DNA of 64,000 bases from Lingula anatina. Taxonomy: Eukaryota; Animalia; Brachiopoda. Every line of letters starts with the position of its first letter. Positions within the stretch are counted from its first letter, which is position 1. Below, one piece after another: positions 41,480 through 54,648 of the stretch. The position numbers and the translations under genes were made by a program. The DNA lies in contig CM120640.1 in NCBI GenBank assembly GCA_051362555.1, positions 42,014,788 to 42,078,787 on the forward strand. The letters run 5' to 3'. Under the pieces are notes generated by a model. It was not told where the DNA came from. It ran no database searches and saw nothing but the letters and a program-made list of their open reading frames with translations.

Positions 41480-44400
41480 AGTTTGAATTAGTGTATAAGC
41501 AATGTATTAAGTGGTGCACATTTTTATGTACAGACACAGATGTGTCTGTACATATTGCCATCACCTGAGTCTCATTATTGAACTAATAAGATATGTAAAA
41601 GTGTTTGTTTGGCATTTCCTGCATCCTTACAACATTGTTAGTAGATTATGTAAAAATGATGGTAAACTTGTTATCGTGTATTATGTAATAAAGTGTCAAA
41701 AATGGAATTAAACTCATATCATTGAAGTTTGTCAGATTCAATCATTCACTATGTTCAGAATCTCAGTATGAAGGAAATTGGACATTTAACACTATTCTAT
41801 TGATATTTTTCCCATCTCATCAATTTTCTTAGTTGATCATATAAAAATTGCAGTAAACTGTTAATTTTGTTTTATGTTTAAAAAAGTGTTAAAAATGGAA
41901 ATAAACCCATGTCAGAACAGTGCTGTCTTGTTTCACATTTCCTCAGATTCAATTCTTAGGCATGTTAACAGTCTCATTATTTAACTAATAAGACATGTAA
42001 AAGTGTTTGGTTGACATTTCCTGCATCTTTACAACATTATTAGTTGATTATGTAAAAATGATGGTAAACTTGTTATCGTGTTATTGTGTAATAAAGTCTC
42101 AAAAATGGAAATAAACTCGTATCATTGCAGTTTGTCAGATTCAATCATTCACTATGTTCAGAATCTCAGAATGAAGGAAATTGTACATTTAACACTGTTG
42201 TATTGATATTTTTCCCATCTCATCAATTTTCTTAGTTGATCGTATAAAAATGGCAGTAACCTGTTAATTTTGTTTTATGTTAAAAAATTGTTAAAAATGA
42301 AAAAAAAAAAACATTTCAGAACAGTGCTGTCTTGTTTACATTTTGGCATTTTCAAGTTGTGACTTTGAAGTTCCATGGGCCTGAAGACCTTTGCTAGTCA
42401 CATTTTCTGAATATCCATGATACTAATATTTTGTTATTAAAAATTGATGGTCATTATGCTGTTAAACATTATGTAATATTGCATCAAAATTTGGAAAAAA
42501 AAACTATTTGGGGCACTTCTCCCATGATGACCATTTCAGAAAAACCATGTCACTTACTGTTCTCAAACTTACAGGAAAGAAACATGGGACTAAAATACAG
42601 CTTCAGTAGGCAATGCAGTCTGTTTGGTAATTCTTACTGCCAGTTAAAGGTTTTTTTTGTGAAAATTTAATTTTTCACATATTGGCATTTTCAAGGTGTG
42701 ACTTTGAAGTTCCATGGGCTTGAAGACCCATGCTAGTCACATTTTCTGAAAATCCATGATACGTATATTTTATTGTTAAAAATTGATGGTCATTATGCTG
42801 TTAACCATTATGTAATATGGCATCAGAATAGAAGAAAACGCAATTTTGGGTGCTGCTGCCATGATGACCATTATGGGAAAACCATGTTACTTATGATTGC
42901 CAAACTTTCAAAAAAGAAATACAGGACTAAAATGCAGCCTGAGTTGGAGAAGCAGTCTAATTGGCTTCTTTTTCTGGAAGTTTTACATTTTCAAAGTGTG
43001 AACTTGTTACACATTTTACTTACATTGGTATTACCTGTTGAGCATAATTAAAATTTGATGTTGAATTTGCAGTTTAACATAATGTACTTTTGCATCAGAA
43101 TTGACAGTAGCCTATTTTGTGCATAGTTATTTCCTGTTTTTTGTCTGTACATTTGACAGCTTTGCTGCCTTGTTTGTACATGATGTTACAACAGTTAAGT
43201 GGGAAAGGGTAGTGTTTAATAAGTTCTCAAGTTCTCGTCTAAAACATTATGTACTAAGAACTGAAAGTACATTGTGCATTGTAATGATGAAATATATGTC
43301 AATATGAGTAAAGCAAGTTTGGTATCTTAACAGCATTGATTGTGCCACAATGTATAACATAAGTTTAATTTTTGTCTTGTAGAACACTTAAAGGAATTCA
43401 AACAAATGTTTGACATGATTCTGGAAGGAGAGAAACATGTGGATATGTCGAAGAATAATTTGGTTTGTATGAAATTTTTCAGGATTATTAATACACCTGA
43501 CAACTTTGGTCATGCAGTAAAAATGTGTACAGCTTATTATAAAGAAAGGATGATTTATAAATGGGTTTTACAATTTTCTTTTATCATAAAATTCCACAGC
43601 TCATTTCAAGAATATAAAATTGGTTATTTATTGGCTTAACACCAACTCATTAAATATATCTGGAGACATTTTGATTTAACTTCTTTTTCTAATTTTATGC
43701 AGGGTGCATGTGAACTACGAGAGACTAAAATCAAGAAAGAGCTGAAGAAAGCTGCTAAGGTGGGATAATTTTGCCACCAGAAAATACATTTTTTGTCTTT
43801 GTCTCATTTTTTATAAGAACTGAATTTTAATATGTCTTGTAACCTCTTTTGATAGAATTGTTTCATTTCTGTTTTTTACAAATATTGTTAAATTGAATGC
43901 AAAACCATGAACTATTTTTAAATTACTGTCAAATCTTGTTTTACTGCTACTATAAAATATAAAAACTTTAAAACTTTAAAATTTCAGAAATCCACCACAG
44001 AGGAACTTCGCCAACTTGAAAATAAACTTATGCAAGCAGAAAGAGCCAAGAATTTAGCACAGCTTGAAGGTAAGTACCATCCTTTTTTATTTTTTTATGA
44101 AATTTGTTTTAAGAGTAGCTTTTAGTGCAGTAGAGTGTTTTCTGATGTGTTTAAACTTTTATTTTTTTAGAGGGTTTCAAGCCAATAATGTGTTGCTGTC
44201 TAAAAAACAAATATTTACAATTAAAAAGATGCATTGAGTATTTTAATGAGAGTTACTTATTCTTTGTTTATTTCAGTCACAGACAGGTTAAGGGAGAATG
44301 AGGCTGTGAAAATCATAAGATATAAAGAGGGCATGTTGAGACTCTCTGAAGCATATGTGGAACTTGGAAGAAAGTGTGCAATTATCTTCGAGGCTCAAAG

Positions 44401-45785
44401 GGTGATTGATTTTTTTTTTTTTTTTTGTATGGTTCAAGTGTGAAAGGAATGTTTAATCTAGCACATTTTTGAGCCCTTTCATTAAACTGAAATAAACTGT
44501 AATAAATCATTACAAGTATGTTAAGGTTTGAAGTGAGATTTGTCATAAAGTTTTTCTTGAATATTAAAATGGTCTTATTTTCATAGCCAAATGATGAATT
44601 TGCTGTGGTATCACTGAAATTTTAGTGTTACTTTGTGTCAAGTCTGCATTGTGAATTGGAGATGGGCCTAGTACTGTTTTTGTGTGTGACCGCCAAGAAG
44701 TTACCCTAGAAACTTTGATCTTATCCTCATTTCCCATTACAGCAAAAGTGAGATTATTTATATAAGTGATAGTTTTGATTTCTGTTCTTAGGATATGGCC
44801 CATCAGTTGCCAGATGTCCACGACAGAGAAATAGAAGATATCAAATATACAGGTGAGCATTTATGACCTCTTGATACTCGGGTATGGTATTTCAATTTTG
44901 CTTCTAATTTCTTGTACGATCAATACATCTCATTTGTATTGCATATGCTAAAAAAAACTTAACAAAGGAAGTGTTGCAATATTCTTTGTCTCATGTAGGA
45001 ATTCTCTCGTTCCAGGTTCAGGTGCTACTAGGAAATTTGTTATGGAGGCTAAGGAAAAGGTGCGACAATATAGAAGACAGTCTCACAGACTTCAACCTCA
45101 ACCTACAGTAGAGCCATACACAGGTAATTGTATGATAGGTGAAAAATGTTATGAGAACAAGGTAACAAGATGTGAATTATGAGAACAGTAACAAGGTTTT
45201 CTTTTGTGTTTTTGTGAAATTCTTTTGATTGTCGTCTTCAGATATTAAAGCCTACTGGCTCCTCAGGACACCAGAGTAAGAAATCACTTGTTCAAAGCAG
45301 AATTAAAAGCCAACAATGGGATAAATTTCCCAAATTATCCTGGTCTGGCTTCAGTTTTAGTGGCATTTGGCTTGGGGCCAGTATTCATGTGGAAGACATT
45401 TGTTAGTGCATCAGTTAATACATTTGAAGGTTTCGGTTCACTTACTGATGTGTATTTTAATTTATTCCTAGGTCTCTTTGAAGCACCTCCTCCTTACTCT
45501 GCCATAGACCTCTACCAACAAGATTTGCCACCCACAGTCACAGGCAGATCACCAGCAAGGCAAAAGAGGCAAAAGCAAGAAAAAATGCAACGAGAGGTGC
45601 CCCAAGAAGAGCACCATCAGCAACATCAACAAGAACAACAACATGAACAGTTAGAGGAGCATTTTCTAAATATTGAACAAGACTTACCCTTAGACTCTGC
45701 TAGGGTGCCATCATGGAACTCTTATCCAGGGAGTGATGGTGAAATAGATGATTTGGCCGGTGCCATGGGAGGTGCAAAAATTTAG
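39556..45785 (+). CDS. Pil1/Lsp1 (eisosome)-like BAR-domain protein with PPxY/Q-rich tail, 11 coding exons, about 362 aa
   Basis: Exons 39556-39584, 39719-39834, 40895-40947, 41309-41372, 43383-43462, 43703-43759, 43988-44069, 44277-44401, 44792-44852, 45016-45123 and 45472-45785 are all GT-AG and sum to 1089 nt in frame. An optional upstream exon 39262-39304 spliced to 39539 is also in frame. The protein is helical with Pil1-like landmarks (see findings). The gene model is solid; the family call is by eye. Confidence 0.8.
41413..41477. repeat. (AT)n microsatellite
   Basis: Uninterrupted AT dinucleotide run. Confidence 0.98.
41569..42340. repeat. About 400-bp tandem duplication (intron of the Pil1-like gene)
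   Basis: Unit starting GTCTCATTATT(G/T)AACTAATAAGA at about 41569 and 41971, similar along its whole length. Confidence 0.85.
42343..43000. repeat. About 340-bp tandem duplication
   Basis: Unit TTGGCATTTTCAAG(T/G)TGTGACTTTGAAGTTCCATGGGC at about 42343 and 42682, more diverged toward the 3' end. Confidence 0.8.
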
Positions 45786-48068
45786 GATATGAATTCTTTA
45801 TACTTTGTAATTATTAGCACTCATTATATTTTGAATATCTTGAACACTGTCAGTAGGTGGCATTTTGCTATTGGCAAAAAGTGAGTGTTTTTCTGTTTAC
45901 ACCCTGCTATAAAGATCTGAGTTTTGGAACATCATGCAAATAGAATTGCCTGATTATCATGAAATCTTTTGAAGTTGTATTTGTGTTACACAATATTAAC
46001 ACCATCTATTTGCCCAAAGTCTGACAAGGTTTTATTTCCTCTGATTTACGTGCAACAACAACGTGTCAAACCACCTAGGAATCCAACAATTTCATCCTTT
46101 TTGCAAGAGCTAGTAATAAATTGATTGGGATTTTTGATAAAAGACATGAAAACAACAAGAACAGTGAATAAATGCTTCTATCTTGTTATTTACATGTGAA
46201 GTTTTCAGCAATTAAATTAATTATAGAGATTGAATTTTTAAGGCTGATAAAAGCATGGATGGGAACTTTTCACCTTTTAAGGTGTTTCCTCTTACCTGTT
46301 TTAAAAAAGAAATTGATGAATATGGTGTGAAATGTTCTAAAACTGAAGATTAAGGGGAGATGCAAAGGGTTTACTTATTGTAATAGCCTGTTCTGTTCCC
46401 ATCCATTGTGAAATGTTTGCAATGATAAGAATTTCAGAGAAAGCTTTTTTTTTTACCTAGGTCGATAAGTTATGTTCTAACTCATACTTTAAATCACTGG
46501 AGCATTTGTTATTATGGACAATAAATAGGGAGTGGGGAGTAGGGGGCTTAATGCCTCTGTTGTTAAATGCACATTTTATGGTTCTTTTATATCTTTTAAT
46601 GGTGAACGTAGACTAATTATTATGCACTTATGTGTGGCACTAGGGTTCAAATATGTTTATCCAATGCACTTCCAGTTGCAGAAAGTGCAGCAACATTATT
46701 CTGTGAACTGGATTGTGGAACAAGTGGAAATTAAAGAAAAAGTGTGGATGCTTTTGTGTTGTGATGTTACCAGTATCTGGTATGTGCAATGAGCAGTGGA
46801 AATTGTCCTTTATCTGTGAAGACATTAGGTCTGGATTTTTATAATGGATCCTTGTGCAATTGTTATCATTGTGTAAGCTGCATACTGATTATGGGCTCTT
46901 CCACTTTTTAGGAGAATTGCTTTTCCCTTTAACAATGATTGGTATATCAAGTAGACTATAGAGATCTGTATTACTTTTGCTAACACTGATTGTGACATTC
47001 ATACCTGTGTGTAGAAAAACTTGCCCTACAGCCAGGTATGTTTTGACTGTATTATTATTAAATTGACTACAGAAGATGTAGCAATGTATTTGTTTGTAAC
47101 AGTAATATTATATTTTTTGTAGTACATATTAGTACTATATAATCCTAAATAAACACTTTTCAAATTATTAGTCTTTAATTCTCACTAAAATACAGAGAAC
47201 AGCTGTTCCTACTCTCTCCTTTCTGAGCTGCCTGCAAATTTCTCTTTTGAGCAACTTTTTCTCTCAATGGGTGCCATGAAAAAGGACTCCCATTTTCTGT
47301 GTTAGATAGGTTTATGGGTAAAAATAAAGGGTCAGATTTTAATATTGCTAATATTTGTTGTCGGTGCATCTGTTACTGGGTCTAAAATTGCACCTCAGCC
47401 TTGAGCACATCTTTAAAAAATTTCAATTCCAAAAAGAATAATAAGATTATTGCACATGGTTTATTTTCTTTTCACACACAACAAACAAACTTTTCAGACA
47501 CCGTTATTTTGACTTCTGTTAATCATGCCTGTGTTCAGCAACATCAAAGTCACTTTTTCTCGAAATGACTCCTCTTACATACAGAATCATATCTTTCATA
47601 AGTTAACACGAGTTACGATTGGTTTGTATGATACAAAACCAATGAAGTACTAGCCTCATTCGAGCCCTTGTTTGTCACATTTGTCTTTAGCTATAAAGAA
47701 AATGTTGCAAAAAATTCCACGTGCCGTGGAATTACAGCATGCACAACAAACTGACCACATACATGTACAAATGTATTAATAAAAGAATGTTCAGCTTTCT
47801 TGACACAAATTATATCAGGTTTGAAAATGCCCTTTGGACATATCATTACATTATATTCCTTTAACTATGTAACTCTGAACTTTGATAAAGAACTGAGATA
47901 CTTCACAGACTCCACTGCTTCTTTTAAATTATACACCATGTCTGGGCTGTCCATGATCATTACATCAAATGTTCTTAGAAAATGCCCATTGTTAAGATTA
48001 TCAGCATTGAATAGAGTGCATATTAATCTCCATATCTATAAACTGGACTTGGGACTGGTTGCTGTTGC

Positions 48069-51000
48069 CTAAAATGCTAGTGTGTCCTTGATAAACTTCC
48101 TCATGGTGTTGCTGACTGATGCAGACTGTGGTCCTGTGGTCTGGTGTGAGATCTATTACGGAAAAATATAACATGATTACATTTCAAAATGAATACTGTA
48201 CAGTATTTTAGACAAAAGACATAGATGTATCTTACTGTTATGATAGTGTTTGTTTTGATGAAGGAGAAATGTGGGGAAAACCTATAAATCTCATATGTCT
48301 TTATTTTCTGACTTGTTAAAATATTTCCTTTAAAATCTTATTGTTATTCATTGCTTTTCTAATGGAAGATTTTGAGAACGTAGCAGTAAGTGTTCATAAA
48401 AATGACATTATTTTCATCGTTATCACAAGTAGTTGCTTTTCACAAAATGTACTTACTTTAAATAAATATGGTTGTACATCCTGGAAGTTTGTATCAAACA
48501 CCAAATCCAGTTCCGATTGGTTTGGCATCTTTGGAACATATTCATGTCTGTTCATGACATCAGCTATGTACATAATCTTTTCACTAAGCAGTTCCCCAAC
48601 CTTTTCTCTATGTATCTGCCTCTCTGATTAGAAAAGAGACATATTATAAATCATGGGGTGAAAGGCAGATATAAAAATACTCATAAAACTAATGAATTTA
48701 AAAAATTGGTATGCTTTCCTCCTGCAAATTTCAAAATGTGTGTAAATGATACACATCTCTTTTTTAAGTGATTCATAATTAGCAATTTCTTAACTTCATA
48801 ATTGTCAATTTGTGAGTGAGTTTGTAACAGGTGGCCAAACTGCAATAGAGTCTTCAGGCACTTTTTACATTAAGGTTTGTCTTACATACTCCCTAGCCTG
48901 AGTTTTAAGCCAGCTTCTTCATTTTTAAAATCAATGCATGCTCATTTGTCACATTTCGATTACTGATCTCAGTGCTCTTTGAAATTCACTGCACCAATCA
49001 TTTATGTCAACTGTGTCACACAGAACCAAGAAATCCAGATAAATTGATGCGCATTTGAAATTGGTGAGGTTAACTTCAATCAAACTTATTGCTGAATGTC
49101 AGAGGTCGATAAGGTTATGCGAATGGAGGATTGAAAACAAAGAAGCTGGCAACCATAAGACTTGAATCTCATTGGTAACTATAACTCACCATGTTCATTA
49201 GCCAGACCAATTATGTCCAGTTTTAAGGTCCACACCTCCCAAGGTATGCACTCAGCTGGGAAAGGCCACCTGGCACGCTTCTTCTGGTAAAATTCTAAGG
49301 AAATCTACAGAGAATGAAATCTGTTAGGTATCTATACATGCAACAATTACTAGTACTTTGACCATGAGACAATTTTTAAAGAAATGACAACACCTTTACT
49401 ATACAGCGCAGTTTGAGTTGGGATTCAAAAGGCGGAATATGAAAAACCCATGGTTAAGCAAGAGTGTAGGACATTAAAATTTTTCAAAATTATTTTACAT
49501 AGTTCTGCCATGTGTAAGGAAAGGAAGAACAAAGGTTAATTAAGTAGTCAGAGAAAAAGATCATTTACCCAAGGAAAAATTGTTTTAAAAATATGAGTTC
49601 TATCTCATGTTAAAATATCAGTCTTAAATGAGATATGCCTCCACATGCATACTCAGCTTAGCTTGTGATATACAGCCTTAAAAGATGCAATCTGTTTGTT
49701 CTCAAAATTAGTCAAAAACAAACGCACATGGGAAAATCTTAAATTGTGCATCTTTGCGCATTACACCTATTATTCATATTTTGTGAATACCCGTAACTTA
49801 TTTTCTATGATGCATTGTCATATGAAATGACATGGTATGTTATGACATGACATGATAGTGTGCACTGCAATAGCTTACCTGTCCACTAGTAGCATTCTCA
49901 TTATTTCGTAGAGCATCTCTGAATGCTGCCATTTCTCTCTTAATAGCTTGGTCTATTTCACTTGAAGCCGCACGGACCTATTCCAAGCAGAATTCTAATT
50001 TCAAATTTGCCTATTTTTTATTTTTAATTTCCTTATAGAAGAAAACAGTAAGCTATGGTTTAATAATAATAATAATAATAATGATATTTATTAATAGTCT
50101 AAAATCCAACACGTGTTCAGTAGACTTTACAAAAATTATAAAATTCAAATTAAAAGAAAAATATTGATAATGGTTATGAGATGAAAAAAAAAAGAAAAAT
50201 GATTATAGAAAAATATTAAAGATTAAAAAAAAGGATATATAAAATGGATAAAAAAGGGGAAATTTAAAACTATGACTAAGAACAGTTTTTCTTAAGAAGT
50301 GTTTTTTCAAGAATTTAAAGATAATATTGTTTAAAAAGGTGGGTTTTTAGTTCCTTTTTAAAATGTCCAGGGTCCACAATTTATCTAAGACTGATGGGTA
50401 AAATATTCCATTCTTTTGGTGCTGCAAATTTAAAAGCTTTATCACCGTATGATACTAATCTTGCCTTATAAGCCTTAAGAAGAAGGTGATCACCTGATCA
50501 CTTGATGGCACGTAGTGTAAAACAAGCTCATTTAAATAAGAAAGTGCAAGTTTATAAAATGCTGCATGTGCAAATGTTAAAAGTTTGAATAAAATGCGTG
50601 CTCGGACAGGGAGCCAGTGCAACATCATTAAAACAGGAGTAATGTGGTTGTCTTTTGGAGTGCGGGTCAGTAGGTGAGCAGATATATTCTGTACACGCTG
50701 TAGCCGTTTGATTTGTTCCTCTGAGCTCCATAAAGAAGGGAGTTGCAGAAATCAAGTCTTGATGTAACCAGGGCATGTATAACTGTTGCTGTAGTAGAGT
50801 CGGTTAAATGTTTTCGTAAGGAACCAATGTTTCTAATATTGAACATACATGTTTTAGATACGTTAGAAATTTGCCTGTTCATGGACAATGTACTGTCGAA
50901 ATAAACTCCCAGATTTTTGGCGTGAGATGAGACTTGTACCACGCTGGCACCTATTGACATGCTAAGACTGCGGGCAATGTTCTTATTGTGTGGTTGAGAT

Positions 51001-51839
51001 ATTACTAGGAATTCATTAAGTTTGTGCAAAAAAATCCTACTTCAAAATATTTTGTCTTCAAATATAATTCCATCCATACTCACATATGTAAAATCTACAA
51101 AATCACAGTCTACATCCACCATTCCCACTGTACCAATGGAATAACTGCCCTCTGCTTTATAGCGGAACTAATAATATAAAGTATAAAATAACTTTATCAT
51201 CAAGTAATTATACTTTAAAATAAGAAAATAATATAAACAAATAAATAAAAACAATTGACACAAATATGCATTTCAACATTTTAATGTTCGCATAAGCCAT
51301 CACCCCTACTTACATGATTGAAGACTGACATTTTTATCTTCCACAAACTTGCACAGTATAGTACATAATTATAAATAATAATTTGCAAAACATTCTCACA
51401 TGAAATAAAATACATATTATACACACTAATTACTTAGAAGAATACATTTAAGTATGGTGTCACAGACAAAAAAAATGATGTAACCATTATAAATTAGAAT
51501 TATATAAACCTCACCTTGCCCAATGTTCTGTGGAAGAGTATTGTGTGGAATATACCTAGAGAGATGCAAAATGACTATAACATATGTTAACTAAACAATA
51601 ATATGAAAAAGTTTTCATAGTTTAATACATTCAATTTAAAAGAAAAATATCCTCCTTCTCATTTACACTTTTCCTAAATGGTATAAAACATGAACCTCAG
51701 CAATACAATAATTAACGTGATTAAGCAGTTATTTAACCTATCAAAAATGTAACTCACTTGCTACCACTTCATCAATCTGCCGACCTTCAACAGACTGTAA
51801 TATGGAAAGTTAATATAGAAAATACATCTGATTCAATAA

Positions 51840-51901
<62 letters not shown>

Positions 51902-54648
51902 CATATATCTGTACTAGTACCTTGTCATACTAAATACCGGAATCAAGGTATTTACTGGAATCAACTGGAATCAAGACTTGAATTACCAGAATCAACATTA
52001 AAACATATTTATATTTCTTCTTTAAGCTGAGCTTATTTCACTGAGTTTGTTTTATTTAGGCTTTAAAAATAACTCGTGTTGATATTCTGACAAAATACAA
52101 TGTGAAATGTACATGTACATAATAAGGTTGCTTTCAGTAATCTAAAACTTGCATCTGGCTGATTCCGATAAATACTTTGATAACGGTTACTAGTAGGATC
52201 ACCTGGACAAGTAGATCAGGAAATTAGTGATCAAGCACTTCTTGAGAATGTTCAGGCAAAATTTGCTTGTAAAAACCAATCACTTGTATGTGTCTGCATG
52301 CCCATACATTAATCTCAATGCTTATTATTTATTTATGTATTCATTAATTACAAAATAATAATAATAATTATTATTATTATTATTAATATTATCTTATTCG
52401 CTGTATAGGGACAGTCGGGCTGACGTCACGCGCCTTAGCAACCGGCATCTGGGGTAAAACAAATCGGGCAACATGGCGGATCGCATTAACTTCTATGTAA
52501 AAGTTGGCAGACTTTGTCCGAAGATATCATACTTCACAGTGACTGACCACTTGTGTCAGTAAGGATGAGTTGTTTACCTGGTCGATTTCTTTTACAGGCC
52601 TTTGTAATTAGCCGCTGCACACCTGGTAAGGAGATAAAATCGGCCTTAACATGACTGCCGATCGTTATCTGTGATCGGGAAGTTTACAGCAGAAGATTTG
52701 CAAAGGCTGTGCTTGACCTTTTGTGTCTGGCTGGTTGAATCATTTACCTGGACTATTGAGTTAGCAGGCCTTTGTAATAAGCAACTGTTTAACTTGTTAC
52801 GGGATAAAATTGGTCTTAACTGAATACGCAAATGTCCACCCTAAGTATATACAGTATATGCATGTACACACGTTGGTGATATAGGAATGGCTTCTTAGAA
52901 CCTGGATCGTAAAAAAGGCCTCGAAAATGTGCAACACTGAGAAGTTATTAGAATAAGATTTCTACAAATTGTGATTAAATCACCTGCTGCTGCAATAGCC
53001 AGGGGAACGGGATAGGGGCAATGTCATCGATCCCATATGGCCTCTTTGGTCTGTATGTACAGTACATGTATATTAATGCAAGCCTGGAAGGACAGCATAA
53101 ACAGTTGCTTGCTAACTTTTTGGAAGAGAAGACACGTGGTGTTACCTGTATTAATATTTGCAGCTATGCGTCTTATTGTGCACTTTTCTGGTACGAAAAT
53201 TGGCGAAATATCATGGAAGACAGAACGTTAAGTTTCAAAACGTACAAGGTTAAAATTAAATTGAATAACAAACGCGGTAATAAAGCTGTATGTTATTTTA
53301 CCAGTTAAGGTCGTTTTATTTATGGCAACTTTTTTTATATTTTACTTGATAACTTAAAGATTTAGACATTAACTCACAGGTTTGTCAATATATTGACGTG
53401 TATATTTTTTCTTATCTTTATAACGCCCTCAATTAACTTACAATAAAAAAGTTCGACGTTATAGTCCATTGATTTTAACTAAAAGAATTGATATACCGGC
53501 ACACACGCCAACACAAGATGCAATCTCAATTTCTTGTAAATACTACGTATACTTATTAATTCATGTAACAAATGACAAACATAAATACCAAACAAGGTAC
53601 AATGACTTTCTCCTTATCTATAATAAAATGAACTATACACACATACACAAATCTCGTAGTTCATGTATAACTATGACCAAATCTTGTTTCGATCAACAAT
53701 CCCGTCTTTAGTCACGTTTGCACGACCTATATCCTGCAATAGTCGTTTACTTTTCCGTTGATCTTTGAAATTTAACAAATCCCATAAGATTTTATTAATG
53801 TGTTGGTAGTGTCACCTGGTGCACAGCAAGCCTCCACCATTTCACATTTGTGCGCGTGCCTGAGAGTTAAACGGTACCGGTTCAATTCAGTAAGCTTGCA
53901 AATCTACCCGTCATATGTGTCAGCAATATGCAACGTCAACAGTTATTAGTACAATTGAAACCTTCCTTGATATTATCAGTTGCTTTCAAATGGTTTTCTT
54001 TTAAAAGAGATGTGAATAATATGCTCATCCAGGTAAGCAAATGAATCTACCACTGTAAGATTCCCGATCACAGATAACGATCGGCAGTTAAGGCCGATGT
54101 TATCTCTTAACCAGGTGTGCAGCGGCTAATTACAGAAGCCTGTAAAGGAAATCAACCAGGTAAATAACTCAACTTCACTGACACACGTGGTCAGGAACTG
54201 TGAAGTATGATATCTTCGGACAAAGGCTGCCAACTTTTTCATAGAAGTCAATGCGATCCGCCATGTTGCCCGATTTGTTTTACCCCAGATGCCGGTTGCT
54301 AAGGTAAAGTGCCCGGATGACCGACTGTCCCTATTTTCTAAAAACAAGACTGATGCTAACAAAGTGAAAATCAATTTCATGATGATTCACTCATTGCTAC
54401 TGCTCGGTCATGGATTTCATTTTGAACTATTTGAGTTAAGGGTACCATTTCTATGCAGTTAATCACATTTCCGCTTAATTGGTGCAGATTTTGCTTATGA
54501 TCTGTAGTTGTATTTGTCTGGGCAAAGGAATTAAACTTATTTTTACTAGGGTCAGGGCTATATTAATATGATTACACTGTATCACTCTAGAGCAGTTTCT
54601 ATACCAAGAGAGACTTACCAACTCAAATATCTGTGACCTTGCATTCAT
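48069..54648 (-). CDS. ATG101: Autophagy-related protein 101, 8 coding exons, 218 aa
   Basis: Exons 54648-54619, 51794-51758, 51555-51515, 51167-51084, 49977-49879, 49304-49190, 48623-48457 and 48152-48069 sum to 657 nt. Protein [51 protein letters not shown]...[14 protein letters not shown] (WF finger)...CIPWEVW...[11 protein letters not shown]...[12 protein letters not shown]. Confidence 0.97.
48894..49163. mobile_element. Small degenerate MITE (TAG terminus, Academ-like)
   Basis: TAGCCTGAG...GCCAGCTTCTT at the left end pairs with AAGAAGCTGGC...AGACT at the right end. No clear TSD. Confidence 0.4.
50061..51029 (-). mobile_element. 3' fragment of an L2/CR1-type LINE
   Basis: ORF 50667-51029 contains [39 protein letters not shown]...[17 protein letters not shown], typical of the L2 region after the RT core. 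The 3' end has a small stem-loop and an (ATT)n tail at about 50061-50082. Confidence 0.85.
52407..54332 (-). mobile_element. Non-autonomous ISL2EU/PHIS-like DNA transposon with about 285-bp TIRs and a THAP remnant
   Basis: 52407 to about 52690 is an imperfect reverse complement of about 54050-54332. Termini AGGGACAGTCGG/CCGACTGTCCCT are flanked by AT on both sides. Minus-strand MVEACCAPG... at 53840 continues after a frameshift as [23 protein letters not shown]...KIWS...EIC, resembling a THAP domain. Confidence 0.8.

Noticed and set aside
45242-45275. Possible extra exon (CAG...GTAAG) in the Pil1-like gene
   Set aside because: At 34 nt it would frameshift the last exon. It could be a poison exon, but nothing supports that.
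51758-52030. Poly-Lys ORF
   Set aside because: It is the translation of a 60-nt poly-A run in an ATG101 intron.
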